A DNA stretch of 64,000 bases from Eledone cirrhosa (GCA_964016885.1 OZ024751.1:4836001-4900000); one strand, 5' to 3'. Counted from the first letter of the stretch, positions 15,891-31,335 are shown. Program-made: numbers and translations. The notes: a model not told the origin generated them from the letters alone.

Positions 15891-16280
15891 AAGATAATAA
15901 TAAATGGAAACTATATTTATAAAACCATTTTTATTATATATATTTCAAGGGCGACCAAGCAAATCTTGGTGCGCTTTCATCAGATAAAATACAAAATTTG
16001 TTTTATATTTGGATAGCTATCCAGCGGATTTCGGACCGTTAAGGTGTGATTTCCATGGGTATGTCATTATTTATAAAACAAATTTTGTATTTTATCTGAT
16101 GAAACGCACCAAGATTGGCTTGGTCGCCCTTGAAATATATATAATAAAATAAATATGGTTTTATAAATAGTTTCCATTTATTATTATCTTGGAATATTTA
16201 CTCCAGTAATTTGTTGAGTGCTCTATATCAGTTATAAACATTTATGTTTGTCGGAATTCCAACAAATTAAATACAACTCC
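15888..16280 (+). mobile_element. Fold-back element (arms 15888-16007 / 16072-16192) with a 3' tail; related to the 5600-5879 segment
   Basis: Inverted arms; (TA)n flank; HHR. Confidence 0.78.
16088..16151 (+). ncRNA. Canonical-core type I minimal hammerhead motif
   Basis: tattttat-CTGATGA-aacgc accaag attgg cttggt cgccctt-GAA-ATATATAT-A-ataaaata. Confidence 0.75.
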
Positions 16281-16824
16281 TACACACACACATATATATA
16301 TATACTTGGTGTTGGATGCTTAAAGCGTCCGTATGAGCACTCGATGCTCTCATAGAGCAGAGTATGATATCACTGTGATATATATATATATGCCTCATCG
16401 ATCATGAGGCTGTACTCCACCACCCACGACACCGTTGATGCACCTACCCTGTCCAACCCATGCATGGAAGGTTGGACACACTCCACACCTGCTCCTTCTC
16501 AGTGTTGCTGCCACGACAAAGAGCACCCAGTACAATCTGCAAGGTAATAGTACTGGTATTACAACAACAAAAGCCCCCACTGTTACTGGTCCCACTCACA
16601 ACCTTTCTAGATAGTCCTCGCATTGCTCTATATTTAATTCGAATAGGCTACTTTGCCGGTCCGAGTAAAATAGACAAGCATGCTTTTAAAGCTTATTTTA
16701 CCGGTCCCTGGTAAATATAAATAGTGTGTGTTGGGTTTGGTTTTAAATTATCTTAATAATTGGTGGTGAAAATAAATAAATTTGTGTTAAACCCGTGTTG
16801 TTATTTTTAACATTCCATGCCTTC

Positions 16825-17245
16825 ATAATAATTGTTTCTACGTTAGGCACAAGGCCAGCAATTATCCAGTGCATTACTGGTACTTTATTTTATCGACCCC
16901 GTAAGGATGAAAGGCAAAGTTAACCTCGGCGGGATTTGAACTCAGAATGGCAAGGGCCGTAACTCTATACGTCAAAGCATGGCGTCCGACCCTCTACCAA
17001 TCCACTGATTTAGGCACAAGGACAACAATTTTAGAGGAGGGGAAAGTCGATTAAATCTACCCCACTAATATGTTAATATATTTAATCTATAAACCTACCA
17101 CTTGTTATTTAAATAAAGCAACAGTAGTTGCTTTATTTTATCGACCTGGTAAGGACGAAAGGCAAAACAAACCTCGGCGGGATTTGAACTCAGAACATAA
17201 AGGGCCCCAACTCTATGCTGCAAAGCATGGCGTCTGACATTCTTA
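16825..17245 (-). mobile_element. Two adjacent tRNA-derived SINEs (family B; central GCCTTTCATCCT..GGGGTCGATAAAATAAAGTACCAG domain, possibly Meta-type)
   Basis: - strand B-box GAGTTCAAATCCC; same family at ~38480-38640, 39480-39600, 57925-58128 and 58880-59345 (+). Confidence 0.7.
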
Positions 17246-17571
17246 CCGCCAAAATAGCCTGGGGCTCTATTTTACCAGGACCGGCAAAATAGCTTCTTCC
17301 TATTTATTTCTAGGCAACAATAAATTCCCTTTCAAACTCCCCTCAAGTTTGGTGTGTTAGTATTTGCTGTCGTTGTAGTCATGCTCAATTCACTTACTTT
17401 TAAAAATATTTTCCACGTACAAATATATGGCATACATGACTTTTAACGGTCTGAAAAATGAAAGTAAATTTATTTTCATTTTCGAACGTCGTGTTTACAT
17501 TTTGTGTGTTTAGATCTAAATTAGTTACTGAGATTAAAGACAAAATCAGAGCCTCTGTCGTTTTAGCTGAT

Positions 17572-17608
<37 letters not shown>

Positions 17609-18479
17609 GTGTAGTTGACGGTTGAGAGAAGAGTACTCAATACTGAAGTAATCTTGTAATGAGGGTTGCAGAATGGTGAGTCCGACATTCTGGACGCTGC
17701 TGCCTTGTAGAAGTCCCAAATCGAAGCTGTGACACTCTCGTCCCCATCATTCAGCAGGGATTTTGCCAGGCAGCCGCATCTCCGATGGTTGGGCTTCCTA
17801 TTCGGAAATTGAAGGTGGGATTTACGTTCACGATGTTGTGGTGCACGAACGGAACTTTGTAGATCCTGCGGACCTTGATGTGCACACACAGCTCATAGAG
17901 AACACATGGAGCCGTGCAGAGAAGTAACTTCGTCGCCAGCATGTTTCGTTTAAAACACACACACAAAATGTAAACACGACGTTCGAAAATGAAAATAAAT
18001 TTACTTTCATTATTGCGACCGCTAAAAGTCATGTATGCCCAAATATATAATAAAAGAAAACATCTCCAACCAAGAAAAACTCCGAGGGTCCCCACCAGCC
18101 TCCGTTTTCGGAAAAAAGGGAGTCGACTACGAGTGAGCTGGAGGTCAAATTCATTGAAAACACGAAATACTAGGAAAAAAAACAAAAAAAACAACAAATA
18201 AAAATAACCCGGAACTCTTATCAACATGTAGTATAAACATAAAAAATAAACTTTTAGTTAATAAATTCAACACCAAAAATAAAAATAGGAAGGCGAACGA
18301 AAATAAAATCCTGAAAAAAAAAACGAAACTAAAATATAACGGAATAATTGAAGTGAAGTGATGATAAGAATTAACAAAGTAATATTTAAATAACAAGTGG
18401 TAGGTTTATAGATTAAATATATTAACATATTAGATAACCTTGTAGATATATTTTATAGAATTAATGAGTAGAAAGAGAA

Positions 18480-18773
18480 TATAAAAGACGAACAACAAAG
18501 TTGTCAATTACACGCAAATGTCTTAAGCGGAAGTTAAACATGTCTACCCCGCAACTAGAAGGAATCTTAATTATATTTTAAATAATATTTCAATTTACAT
18601 CCTTTTTATACTTATTATTTATATTATTAAGACAAAAATATTTTAAAATAATTAACTAGATATTTTAAAAATGTTAAATAAATTATTATATATTTTTGTG
18701 TGTACCACCGCATATTTATTTCGTCCGTGGTAGTTGTCTGCAGACTGCAGATAGTGTAAAACTATTTAGTTAA
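18480..18773 (+). promoter_or_regulatory. Putative ULK3 promoter / 5' UTR with an ETS-like GCGGAAGT site (18527-18534)
   Basis: Non-repetitive sequence directly upstream of the ATG; a single ETS core; TSS cannot be determined. Confidence 0.3.
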
Positions 18774-18878
18774 ATGGCTAAACCTTTGTTAAATTCTTCA
18801 CCTAAATTAAAGGATTATATATTTGCAGAAAAACTTGGAAGTGGGAGCTATGCAACTGTATATAAATCATGTAGAAAG
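18774..18878 (+). CDS. ULK3: ULK3 coding exon 1 (MAKPLLNSSPKLKDYIFAEKLGSGSYATVYKSCRK), kinase Gly-rich loop
   Basis: ATG at 18774, GxGxxA loop LGSGSYATVYK, donor GTAAGT at 18879, phase 0; resembles the ULK3 N-terminus (LGSGTYATVYK) from memory. Confidence 0.93.
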
Positions 18879-19249
18879 GTAAGTTTGACCCCTAAAAATG
18901 TATAATTGAAATATAATATAAATTCCAACGTATTTATTATTGTTTATTTTTCGCTGGAAGAAAGAAAACAAAAAAAACTTGTCGAGGTTTCACCATTTTA
19001 TCGTCTGCTTTTAACAAAATATCAGTCACTATTTAAAGTGTTCTGAGATCCACTGTGTACTTTATCCAGTGGTTTCTACTCGTTTCTATGCCTCAGCAAA
19101 TGTATTTCTATATATTCATTCATCGTAATCATTGTATACCTGTCTTGTTTATAACAATCATGTACTATTGTGACATTTACTACATCACCTGTCAAATCAC
19201 CGTACACTATATATGTATATAGATATTAATGTACTCACACACGCACACA

Positions 19250-19632
19250 TATATAGATAAATGGCTTCTACAGGAATAGAACTGTTTCGAAGGAAATCAT
19301 CAGAAAAGCCCTTTCCTGATGATTTCCTTCGAATGAAACAGTTATAGTCCTGTAGAAGCCATTTCTATATTAAATATTTATACTCTTCTATGTATATAAT
19401 AACACAATGCTTAGAGGAAAGTCATAAAATCACTTATATCAACACAAGTGGATAAGTTCCTTCAGAATGAAAATATAAACAGAGCATATAAATAAATTTA
19501 CAGTAGAAAAACATAACAAATATGTTTTAAATATATACATAAATAACATTACAAATGCCTCGGTAACACTATAAAGGATGATACAATGAAAGATATATTG
19601 AGTACTTTACTGTGGTTACCTCCGATTGAACA
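19250..19632 (+). mobile_element. Small fold-back (19253-19370) with HHR-like core; its tail is interrupted by a ~200-bp insertion (19399-19597) related to 6228-6435
   Basis: atggcttctacagga..gaaggaaatcatcag / CTGATGAtttccttcgaat-GAAACAGTT..tcctgtagaagccat. Confidence 0.6.
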
Positions 19633-20323
19633 CACACACACACACATATACATATATATAATATAATATATCATCATCGTTTAACGCCTATCTTCCACGC
19701 TAGCATGGGTTAGACGGGAGTTGTCCCACTTGAGGCAAGATTGGTCGGGAGACCGTGTCTCGCTCGTGTAGGTCTGTCTGGCAGGTTTTCTACGGCTGGA
19801 TGCCCTTCCTAACACCAACCACGTTTACAGTGTGGACTGGGAGGTTTTTACCGTGTTACCTACACGACCACATTACAGCGTATATATATATTTATTTATT
19901 TATTAAAATAACAGATTAAAGTTTAAGCAAAGAATCGCTTTTTTTTTAGTTTCAGATGATCCCGTTAAGGGTGAAAGTAGCGATTCTTTGCTTAAACTTT
20001 AAACTGTTATTTTATTAAATATTACTCTAGGGTTCTTATATATTTGATATATATTTATCCTTATCGAGCCCTCTTTGGATTTTAGTCTTCATGCGCACGG
20101 AGGATGACCACTGGGTAAATAAGTGCCAAGAAATCCCAGTAGAAGGAAGACGCAGTGGAGGAAGACCACGGAAAACATGGGCGGCGGTGGTGAGAGCAGA
20201 CCTGAGATAGCTGAAGCTCATGGAGGAGATGACGAAGGACCGTGACAAGTGGAGAGATGCTGAATAGGATCCGTCCCACCCTTGCAATCAGGGAAAAGCG
20301 GACGTAAAATGATGATGATGATG

Positions 20324-22650
<2,327 letters not shown>

Positions 22651-22652
<2 letters not shown>

Positions 22653-25410
22653 AACTTTGAATAACTTTGAAATGTTTTGGCCAGTATTGGCCCAGGCCAT
22701 GTCTAACTTAATAGCACCACCTGGCGAAGTCTTTCAATTCAGGATTTGGGCACCATGGCCCATTCGAGAAGAGAATTACTGTTTGCGGAGACATATCCGG
22801 GTGTGGGTGGTTTGTCCGGGATTACTTGAAGGAATTTGTCCAAAGACTTTTCTGTTTTGACGTGTCCTGGTGTGATGTTGAAGAGAGCAGGGCCAATTGA
22901 GGTGAAATAATTGTGCCGTATTGTTGTTATGAGTTGCGATTTAGATTTTTGTATGGGACGGATAGCACGGGGCCCAAGCCTTGGGTGTATCTTGAAGGCA
23001 ATGCCAACATCATTTGGGCAGTGATGATGGAACATTTTCCACATCATGCAGATAATATAACGCTCACAGCGACGTTGGAGTGAGTAAAGTTTCAGCTTTT
23101 CTAGTCGACCCCAGTAGTCAAGGTCTGACATGCCATCTATCTTTTTCGTGATTGCCCTTTGAGGAGCTTCAAGTTTCATGATACTTTGTTTCGTGTGGGG
23201 AGACCACAGTGGACAACAGTATTCAAGGTGTGGTCGGGCAAAAGTAGAGAAGAGAAGGATAATGGTGTGGGAATCTCTCGACTGGAAGGTTCTGAGGATC
23301 CAGGAACACATTCTGCGGGCCATGTCAACTTTGCTGCTTATATGCGTGGCACAGCTTATGTTGCTGTCCACGGTTACTCCCAAGTCTCTGATGTTGTTAG
23401 ATGCCACGAGAGTTTCCCCGGAGGGAAGGGAGTACGGGAGTTTCAGAGCATCCTCTTTTCCAAAGTGGATCAGTTCGAATTTGTCTTCGTTCAGTAACAT
23501 GTTGTTCTTTTCTGCCCATTGGGTAACAGCCAGTAGGTCTGACTGAAGGCTTATCCGGTCATCCACGCCATTGATGACCTTTTGGAGCTTGGAATCATCA
23601 GCGAAAATTTTAATGTTGCTGTGTTTGATAATGTCAGTGATGTCATTAATATAGATGATGAAGAGAAGTGGGCCCAACACAGTGCCTTGTGGGACCCCAC
23701 TACTGACTTTGGCTGGGCTGGATTTGACTCCTTCAACTACAACATGTTGGGTTCTGTTTGACAGGAAGCTCTTGATCCACTGCAGCAGCTTTCCAGTGAC
23801 ACCAATATTGGACAGTTTTCTCAGTAGAATGTTATGATCAACCCTGTCAAAGGCCTTGCTGAAATCAAGGTAGATAACATCAGTGTTGGAACCCTCTCCC
23901 AAGGCTCTCAAAATGTCGTCAAAGTGATGCAGTAGCTGCGTCAGGCAATCCCTTCCATTACGGAATCCATGCTGGTTGGAGTTCAGCATATTGTTACTCT
24001 CAAGGAAGTGGGTCATTCGCGATCTCACCACTCTCTCAAATACCTTAATGATATGAGAGGTGAGTGAGATTGGACGGTAATTCACGGCAAGGGATTTGTT
24101 TCCTTTTTTGAAAACTGGGATAACAGACTGGGATAGGTTTTCTGGCACATATCCAGCATCCAGTGAGTTCCACCACAGATTGGCAAGAGGAGATGCAAGT
24201 TGGTGTTGACACGCCTTCAAGACACAAGCAGGGAACCTATCGGGACCTACTGCTGAATTATGCTTGATTTCCTTTATTGCCGCTAAGACATCAGGGGCGC
24301 CAAACGTTATGTCCGATAAGGTGTAATGGGGAGTAACATCGCCGATACAGCCCAGATCGGCCATATCAGGATTGCTGAAAACAGAGCAGTATTGTTTCTG
24401 CAGTATCTCACCCATGGTTTTAGCATTGTCTTGAAGAGGGCCAACAGTAGAGCCAGTGATTTTGTGTTTTTTTGCAAATGAAAAGAACACTTTGGGATTG
24501 AGTTTGATCTTCTCAATGGCCCAGGCCTCTTCAGCTCTTCTCTGATTGTTGATGAGAGACATTATGTTGTTTTGGAGGTTATGTTTTTTAATCTCTAGTG
24601 ATGAAATGGCAGTCAAGTTGATGTGTTGCTGCTGACAGTATTTCAACTTGTTGATTTTTTTGTTCGTTCTCTTAATTTTTCTGATGAGCGTTTTTCTATT
24701 TCTAGGGATTCTGCTCTTAGATTTGTTTATAGTTCTTAATGGGGTGTGTTTTGCACATATGTTTGTAACAGTGTCCACAAATGTCTGCCAGGAATTTTTG
24801 ATGTTAGTGGGTGTATGAGTGTGCGTGAAGGACCAGTTGACATGTGCAAGATCATGACTGATCGCTTCCCAGTTTGCATTGTGGAAATCCATAGCGTCAA
24901 ACGGATGGACAGGAGAGATGACATTGGGTTTGTATATTGGACGGTGGAATCTCAGATCACAGAGAACCATGTCATGATCAGAGAGTAGAGTTTTCTCCAC
25001 TGCAATATTGTGGATATTGTCAGTGTGATTGCTGAAAATTAAGTCTAGGACGTTTTTGTGGCACCTCGTTGGTTCGAGCACCAGTTGGGATAGGAAGAAA
25101 TCATCCATGAAGTCAAGAAGCGATTCCACTGCTTCCCTGTCAGAGGTTGAGGCAGAAGAACCTGGTGGCAGGCTGTTTGTGGACCAGTCAACTCCGGGGA
25201 GGTTGAAGTCCCCCATCATTAAGATGTTGTCAGGGTGACACTCATGGATGAAACACTTTATGCTGTTGAGGCATTCCTTGAAGCATGGTACAGGCGTTTG
25301 GGGTGGCCTATAAAGCCCAACTACTATTAGGTTGTTGGTTTGACTGAATACAGTGACTGCTTCGCAGTATCCATTAGTGAATATGTTCATAGCCTCTGTT
25401 GAGAAAGAAT
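22651..25410 (-). mobile_element. CR1-like LINE, 5'-truncated within the APE domain, ~890-codon uninterrupted APE-RT frame, in ULK3 intron 1
   Basis: GDFNLP, LDLIFS, SDH (APE); NYRPISLTS, QHGFR, YLDFSKAFD, GVPQGTVLGP, FADD; LKLYSLQRR; 3' end (ATAACTTTGA)x2 abutting a TA-rich array. Confidence 0.9.
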
Positions 25411-25749
25411 TATATACATGCATATATATATATATATACATATTTATATCATCATCATCATCATCATCAACGTTTAACGTCCGTGTTCCATGCTTGCATG
25501 GGTTTGGACGGGGGTAGTCCCACTTGAGGCAAGAGTGATTTTCTTGCTCGCATAGGACTGTCTGGCAGGTTTTCTACAGTTGGATGCCCTTCCTAACACC
25601 AACCACATTTGCAGTGTGGGTCTGGGAGGTTTTTACCGTGTTGCCTACACGGCAATATATATGTATATATATGTATATATATATATATGTATATATACAT
25701 ATATATATATATACATACATATATATATATACATATATATATGTATATA

Positions 25750-25784
<35 letters not shown>

Positions 25785-26319
25785 TGAGTTAAGAACTCAG
25801 GGTAGTCCCTTACAATTAAATAGCTCTAAGAAAAAAGCTTTTCCGAGCCGTACTATATATTTGAATAAACAAGAGAGATGAACACTAATATAAACATACA
25901 TGTGTTCGAATCGTAAGGACTAAAATTTGCTGGAGTGAAAAAATACTAACTACAGCAATATAGAATGTTATCCTTAACTTTAAATATTAAATTAAGAAAA
26001 AAAAAAAAAAATAACAGACCTATATTGGGCAAAAATGCCTGGTAACCACTAGACAGTGTTGGAGACTGTTTCGCAATGACTTATTAAGTGAAGTTTTCAC
26101 GTTTTCTGCTCCTCAGTAGTTGTTGAGAAATTAATGATCCTTTCACTTCTAAAAATATTAGAGATTGAATTGTGTACGATATGAATTATCGCACGTGTCA
26201 ATCGGAACCCAGCTTGTCTCGAAATTCCCTGCCGCTAAAAATAGCAGCCTGGCTGACAGGACAAAAAAATTAGCTCTACATGATGGAGCCGACAAATATA
26301 TATTGAGTTAAGAACTCAG

Positions 26320-27357
26320 CCCGCTCTTGTTCATTATAGTCTCCAAGCCATAACAGAGGAGTATAAGACTGGCTGCCCATGGGAACTTCTCTATGTTGAT
26401 GATCTGGTTCTTATAGCAGAATTAGTAGAGGAGCTAGAGAAATTCTGGCTTTGGAAACAGCAGTTGGCATCAAGAGGACTGAGAGTGAACATAGCTAAGA
26501 CAAAAGTGTTGATAAGTAGAAAAAAAAAGAGGACAAAACTCTGATTCCATCAGGGAAATAACCGTGTTCGATATATACAAAAGGAACTGGCATAAATTCT
26601 ATAAAATGTACACAATTCAGGTCTCGGGTGCACAAGAGATGTAGTAGGATAGTAGGCAAACTAACAGGTAGCGAAAACTACGTATGCAGTAGATGTACAG
26701 TAGTAATTACATTTTTCAAATGCAGGTGGGTTCTATAGAAGTGGTTGATAGCTTCCAGTACCTAAGTGATCAGATTAGCATGGGAGGGGGTGTTCCGAGG
26801 CGATAGTATCTAGAATAAGAACGGGTTGGAAGAAGTTTTGGAAGCTGCTTCTTCTGTTGACAAAGAAGGGTTTCTCCCTGCGTACGAAAGGCTGGTTATA
26901 TGATGCCTGTGTGAGATGCGTGATGTTGCATGGTAGTGAGACATGGGCAGCAACTACAGACGATATGCAACGGCTGGAGAGAAATGAAGCAAGCATGCTC
27001 CATTGGATGTGCAATGTCAATGTGCGTGAATGACCAAGCATAGACGAGTTGTGAGAGAAACTGTATAAGAGGAATAAGTTGTGGTGTGCAGGAGAGAAGA
27101 CTGAGATAGTATGGACATGTGATGCGCATGGAAGATGACCGCTGGGTAAAGAAGTGCAAAGAAATCCCAGTAGAAGGAAGATGCAGTAGAGGAAGACCAT
27201 GAAAAACATGGGCAGAGGTGGTGAGAGCAGACCTCAGATCGCTGAAGCTCACGGGAGAGATGACGATGGGCCGTGACAAGTGGAGAGATGCTGTGCTGGA
27301 TAGGACCCGTCCCACCCTTGCAAGCAGGGAAAAATGGACATAAAATGATGATGATGA
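26320..27357 (+). mobile_element. Decayed RTE LINE 3' half with (GAT)n tail
   Basis: GCPWELLYVDDL, GRLYDACVR..MLHGSETW, RRLR.YGHV; many stops. Confidence 0.85.
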
Positions 27358-27427
27358 TATATAGTGTGTGTTTATATATATTATATGTATATTTGTTTAT
27401 ATATTTGTGTAAAAATAGATATACTTG

Positions 27428-27810
27428 TGGAGGCACATTGCTTAGTGGTTAGAGCATTGGCCTTGCAATCGAAAGGTTGTGAGTTCAATTCTCAGACCGG
27501 CTGATGTGTTGTTTCCTTGAGCAAGACACTTTATTTCACATTGCTCCAGTTTATTCAGCTGTAGAAATGAGATGATAGGGACTGGGGTCCCTATCATTCC
27601 ACTGCAAAGTGGTCGTGGAGGTGCCATGGCAGAAAAGCACTCAGCCCACACTGTAAAGTGGACATGTAGACACCACGGAAAAAAAGCACCCAGCACTCAC
27701 TGTAAATGAGGTTGGTGTTAGGAAGGGCATCCAGCTGTAGAAATCAAGCCAGAATCAGTTCCCGTGCCACCCTTGCGAGCAGAGAAAAGCGGACATAAAA
27801 TGAAATGAAA
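27428..27810 (+). mobile_element. tRNA-derived CORE-type SINE (family A) with an RTE-derived 3' tail
   Basis: A-box tgcttagtggtt, B-box gagttcaattc, CORE-like ccttgagcaagacact..cagtttattcagctgtagaaatg, then the tail shared with the RTE 3' UTR. Confidence 0.8.
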
Positions 27811-28407
27811 AAAAAAAATTATACCCCCACTTTTTACCATATGTTTCCCACCCTAGATCTACCTCTTCAGTCCCCATGCATCTCTCCTACCTCATCCCCC
27901 AGTCCACACTGCAAAGTGGTCATGTAGATGTCACAACAAAAATCACCCAGCCCACATTGTTAACTGGTTGTGCCAGTATCACAGCAAAATCCAACCAGTC
28001 CACACTGTAAAGTGGTTGTGTAGATGTCACAACAAAAAGCACCCGATACAAACTGTAAAGTGACAAAAAAGCATCCAACACACTCTGTAAATGTGGTTGG
28101 CGATAGGCAAAGCATCCAGTTGTAGAAACCAAGCCAAAATTAGTTCTGTATGAGCAAAACATGGTCAACTGACCTGGCTCATCTCAATGACACCACAGCT
28201 AACCCATGGAAAAATGGACGTTAAACAATGATGATGATATATATATAGTGTGTGTGTGTGTGTATATATATATATATCTATATATATATATATGGTGTGT
28301 GCATGTATATATATGTGTGTCTGTATATATGTACATATACATTATATGTATGTTTATATATATATATATATACCGTTACATTTAAAAAAATAAAAATTGA
28401 TTAATAT

Positions 28408-28755
28408 ATCATCATCACCATCATCATTTCATTTTACGTCCGCTTTTTCCCTGCTTGCAAGGGTGGGACGGGAACTGATTCTGGCTTGATTTCTACAGCT
28501 GGATGCTCTTCCTAACACCAACCTCATATACAGTGAGTGGTGGGTGCTTTTTTGCCGTGGCACCTCCACGACCACTTTGCAGTGGAATGATAGGGACCCC
28601 AGTCCTATCATCTCATTTCTACAGCTGAGGAAACTGGAGCAATGTGAAATAAAGTGTCTTGCTCAAGGAAACAACACATCACCCGGTCTGAGAATTGATC
28701 TCACAACCTTTCGATAGCAAGGCCAATGCTCTAACCACTAAGCCATGTGCCTCCA
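28408..28755 (-). mobile_element. Family A SINE, inverted relative to 27428-27810
   Basis: Reverse complement of the 27428 copy; (GAT)n tail. Confidence 0.8.
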
Positions 28756-28763
28756 TATATATG

Positions 28764-28921
28764 CCGTATTTCCCAGTGTCGAAGATGCTACTTTTTTCTA
28801 AAAATAAGTCTCAAAAATCTACCATGCGTCCTGGAGGCTGAAGGTTGTTTGTTTTTCAAATTTTTGGTTGTGAAAATTAGGGTCCTCGATGACAAAGCAT
28901 CTTTGGCGCCAGGAAATACAG
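28764..28921. mobile_element. Tc1/mariner (pogo-like) MITE
   Basis: Imperfect TIRs CCGTATTTCCCAGTGTCGAAGATGC / GCATCTTTGGCGCCAGGAAATACAG in TA context. Confidence 0.55.
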
Positions 28922-28925
28922 TATA

Positions 28926-29235
28926 TATAAGGAAAAGAAATTGAAAATGCAACTGGAGTTGTTTAAGTATATTTATTTATTTACTTTACCGGTTTCACAG
29001 TTCTTATGGTTTTCAAAAGTAAAATTGAAATGGAGGGTTTGTGTTTCTGTTCTGGTTTATCTCACATCTGTGAGACAAACCACAACCAGAATAGAAACAC
29101 TAACTCTCCATTTCAAATTTTACCTTTGAGAAGTATAAGAACTGTGAAACCGGTAAATAAATAAATATACTTAAAGAATCCAGTTACATTTTCAATTTCT
29201 TTTCCTTATACTTTCATCTGTGTAGGACATCTCAT
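28926..29235 (+). mobile_element. Fold-back element (~140-bp arms) with a degenerate HHR (TTGAGAA..GAA-ACCGGT-A)
   Basis: Inverted arms centred near 29067; palindromic stem III ACCGGT. Confidence 0.6.
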
Positions 29236-29292
29236 GTTTTTTCTTTTGTTTTTTTTTATAAAAAAAAAACCTCATTTACTTATATATACATA

Positions 29293-30695
29293 TGGCAATG
29301 AGTATAGCGAGGAATTTAGCGTACAGGTTGGGATCCACCAGGGCTCTGTTCTTAGCCCTCTCCTGTTCATCATAGACCTGCAGGCAATAACGGAGGAGTT
29401 TAAGACCGGATGCCCATGGGAACTCCTGTATGCTGATGACCTCGCACTCATAGCTGAATCTATGGTAGAACTAGAGAATAAATTCCAAACCTGGAAGCAG
29501 GGACTAGAGAGAAAGGGCCTCAAAGTCAACATGACAAAGACTAAGGTCCTTATAAGTAGACGAGAAAACAGAACCCAGATCCCCTCAGGGAAATGGCCTT
29601 GCTCAGTATGTAGGAAAGGTGTAGGTAGGAACTCCATTCTTTGCCCCAAATGCAAACAATGGGTACACAAGAGATGTAGCGGGATCTCAGGAAGCTTAAT
29701 TAAGAATGTAGGATTCACATGCAGCAGCTGTGCTGAAACAGCAAGCAAACAGCCACAGGAAACAAGTACCACCAATCTCTGGGAGGGCCCTGTAGAAACA
29801 GTAGACAGCTTCTGCTACCTAGGTGACCGAATTAGCAACGGAGGTGGGTGCTCAGAAAGTACAATAACTAGGGTAAGAACGGGATGGAAGAAGTTTAGGG
29901 AACTACTACCACTGCTAGCTGCAAAAGGCTTCTCCCTCAGAATGAAAGGCAGACTGTATGATGCGTGTATCCGAACAGCGATGTTGCATGGTAGTGAGAC
30001 CTGGGCGCTGAAGGTGGAAGACTTACGTAGATTAGAGAGAAACGAAGCCTGCATGCTCCGATGGATGTGTAACAGTAATATACGTGAACGACAAAGCATA
30101 AATGAATTGAGAGAGAGACTGAGCATAAGAGGAATCAAATGCTGCGTGCAGGAGAGGCGGTTACGCTGGTATGGACATGTGATGCGTATGAAGGATGACA
30201 GCTGCATAAAAAGGTGCAGAGCACTAGAAGTTGATGGAAACCGCGGAGTGGGGAGACCCAAGATGACTTGGGATGAGGTGATAAAAGCCGACCTTACCCA
30301 ACTACACCTCTCAAAGTCAATGACACACGACCGTGACTTCTGGCGTCACGCAGTAATACAGGGTACCCGACCTCCCATGGGTACATGCTGAAGCATATAA
30401 ACAATATGCCCCCCCCCCCCCACCGCAAGGTGGTCGTGGAGGTGCCACGGCAAAAAAGCACCCAGCCCACACTGTAAAGTGGACGTGTAGGCGCCACGAA
30501 AAAGCACCCAGCACTCACTGTAAATGAGGTTGGTGTTAGGAAGGGCATCCAGCTGTAGAAATCAAGCCAGATCAGTTCCTGTATGAGCAAGGCATGGTCA
30601 GCCGACCAGACACTGCCCACAACAGGACAACCCGTCTAACCCATGCTAGCGTGGAAGAACGGACGTAAAACGGTGATGATGATGATGATGATGAT
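29293..30695 (+). mobile_element. 5'-truncated RTE LINE (RT C-terminal half, PHD finger, 3' UTR, (GAT)n tail)
   Basis: VGIHQGSVLSP, LLYADDL, C4HC3 finger, RRLRWYGHV; open frame to 30391; closely related to 50180-51514. Confidence 0.92.
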
Positions 30696-31335
30696 GTGTG
30701 TGTGCGGTGTATGTGTACATGTATATATATGTATGTACATATATATTATATGATGTTTATATATATATATACCATTACTTTTTTCTAATAATCATTGATC
30801 AATATTATTTCTGCTAACCCTGGACATGTTTTGGCCATATTATGATCTCATCAGTGAAAGTATACTTACCAGAGTAGTGATGATAGGATCAAGAAATAAA
30901 TGTACAAAATTATAAATTAATTAATTTAGGAAAATAGAATTGTTTAAAGAAGAAATAATTCAGATGTGATTCAAATCTGCCAAGTGTAGTAAAGGGTATA
31001 CTTCACTGATAAGGCCATAAGCCTAAAATATGTCGGGAGTTGTCTCCCATATTTGCTGAAACAATCAAATCAATATTAGTTATTAATTTGTATTGGTTTT
31101 TCCTCACTGCATAGTTAATTCTTTGGCATGGTTTCTATGGCTGAATGCCTTTCTTAATGCTAAATACATTACAGAATGTACTGGGTGCTATTTCTCATGG
31201 CACCACTACTGTCACTTCAGAGAGTGTTCTGGCTGTGTTCTTTTGTGGCACTAACACTTTACAGGGTGTACTTGGTGCATTTTATCATAGCACCATCACT
31301 CTTTATCTATTTGTCTGTCTGTCTCTCTCTCTCTC

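Noticed and set aside
17989-18201. Basic K/R-rich ORF superficially like a ribosomal protein
   Set aside because: No recognisable family motif; the composition comes from A-rich sequence and an inverted-repeat arm.
27436-27500. tRNA-like sequences with A and B boxes (also 34667 and others)
   Set aside because: They are SINE heads continuing into CORE-like and RTE-tail segments; no complete cloverleaf.
30815-31040. Further weak hammerhead-like remnants (30820-30855, 31005-31035, 35365-35395, 36285-36312, 45378-45403, 57215)
   Set aside because: GAAA or CTGANGA halves are mutated or stems do not close; plausible fossils but not supportable individually.
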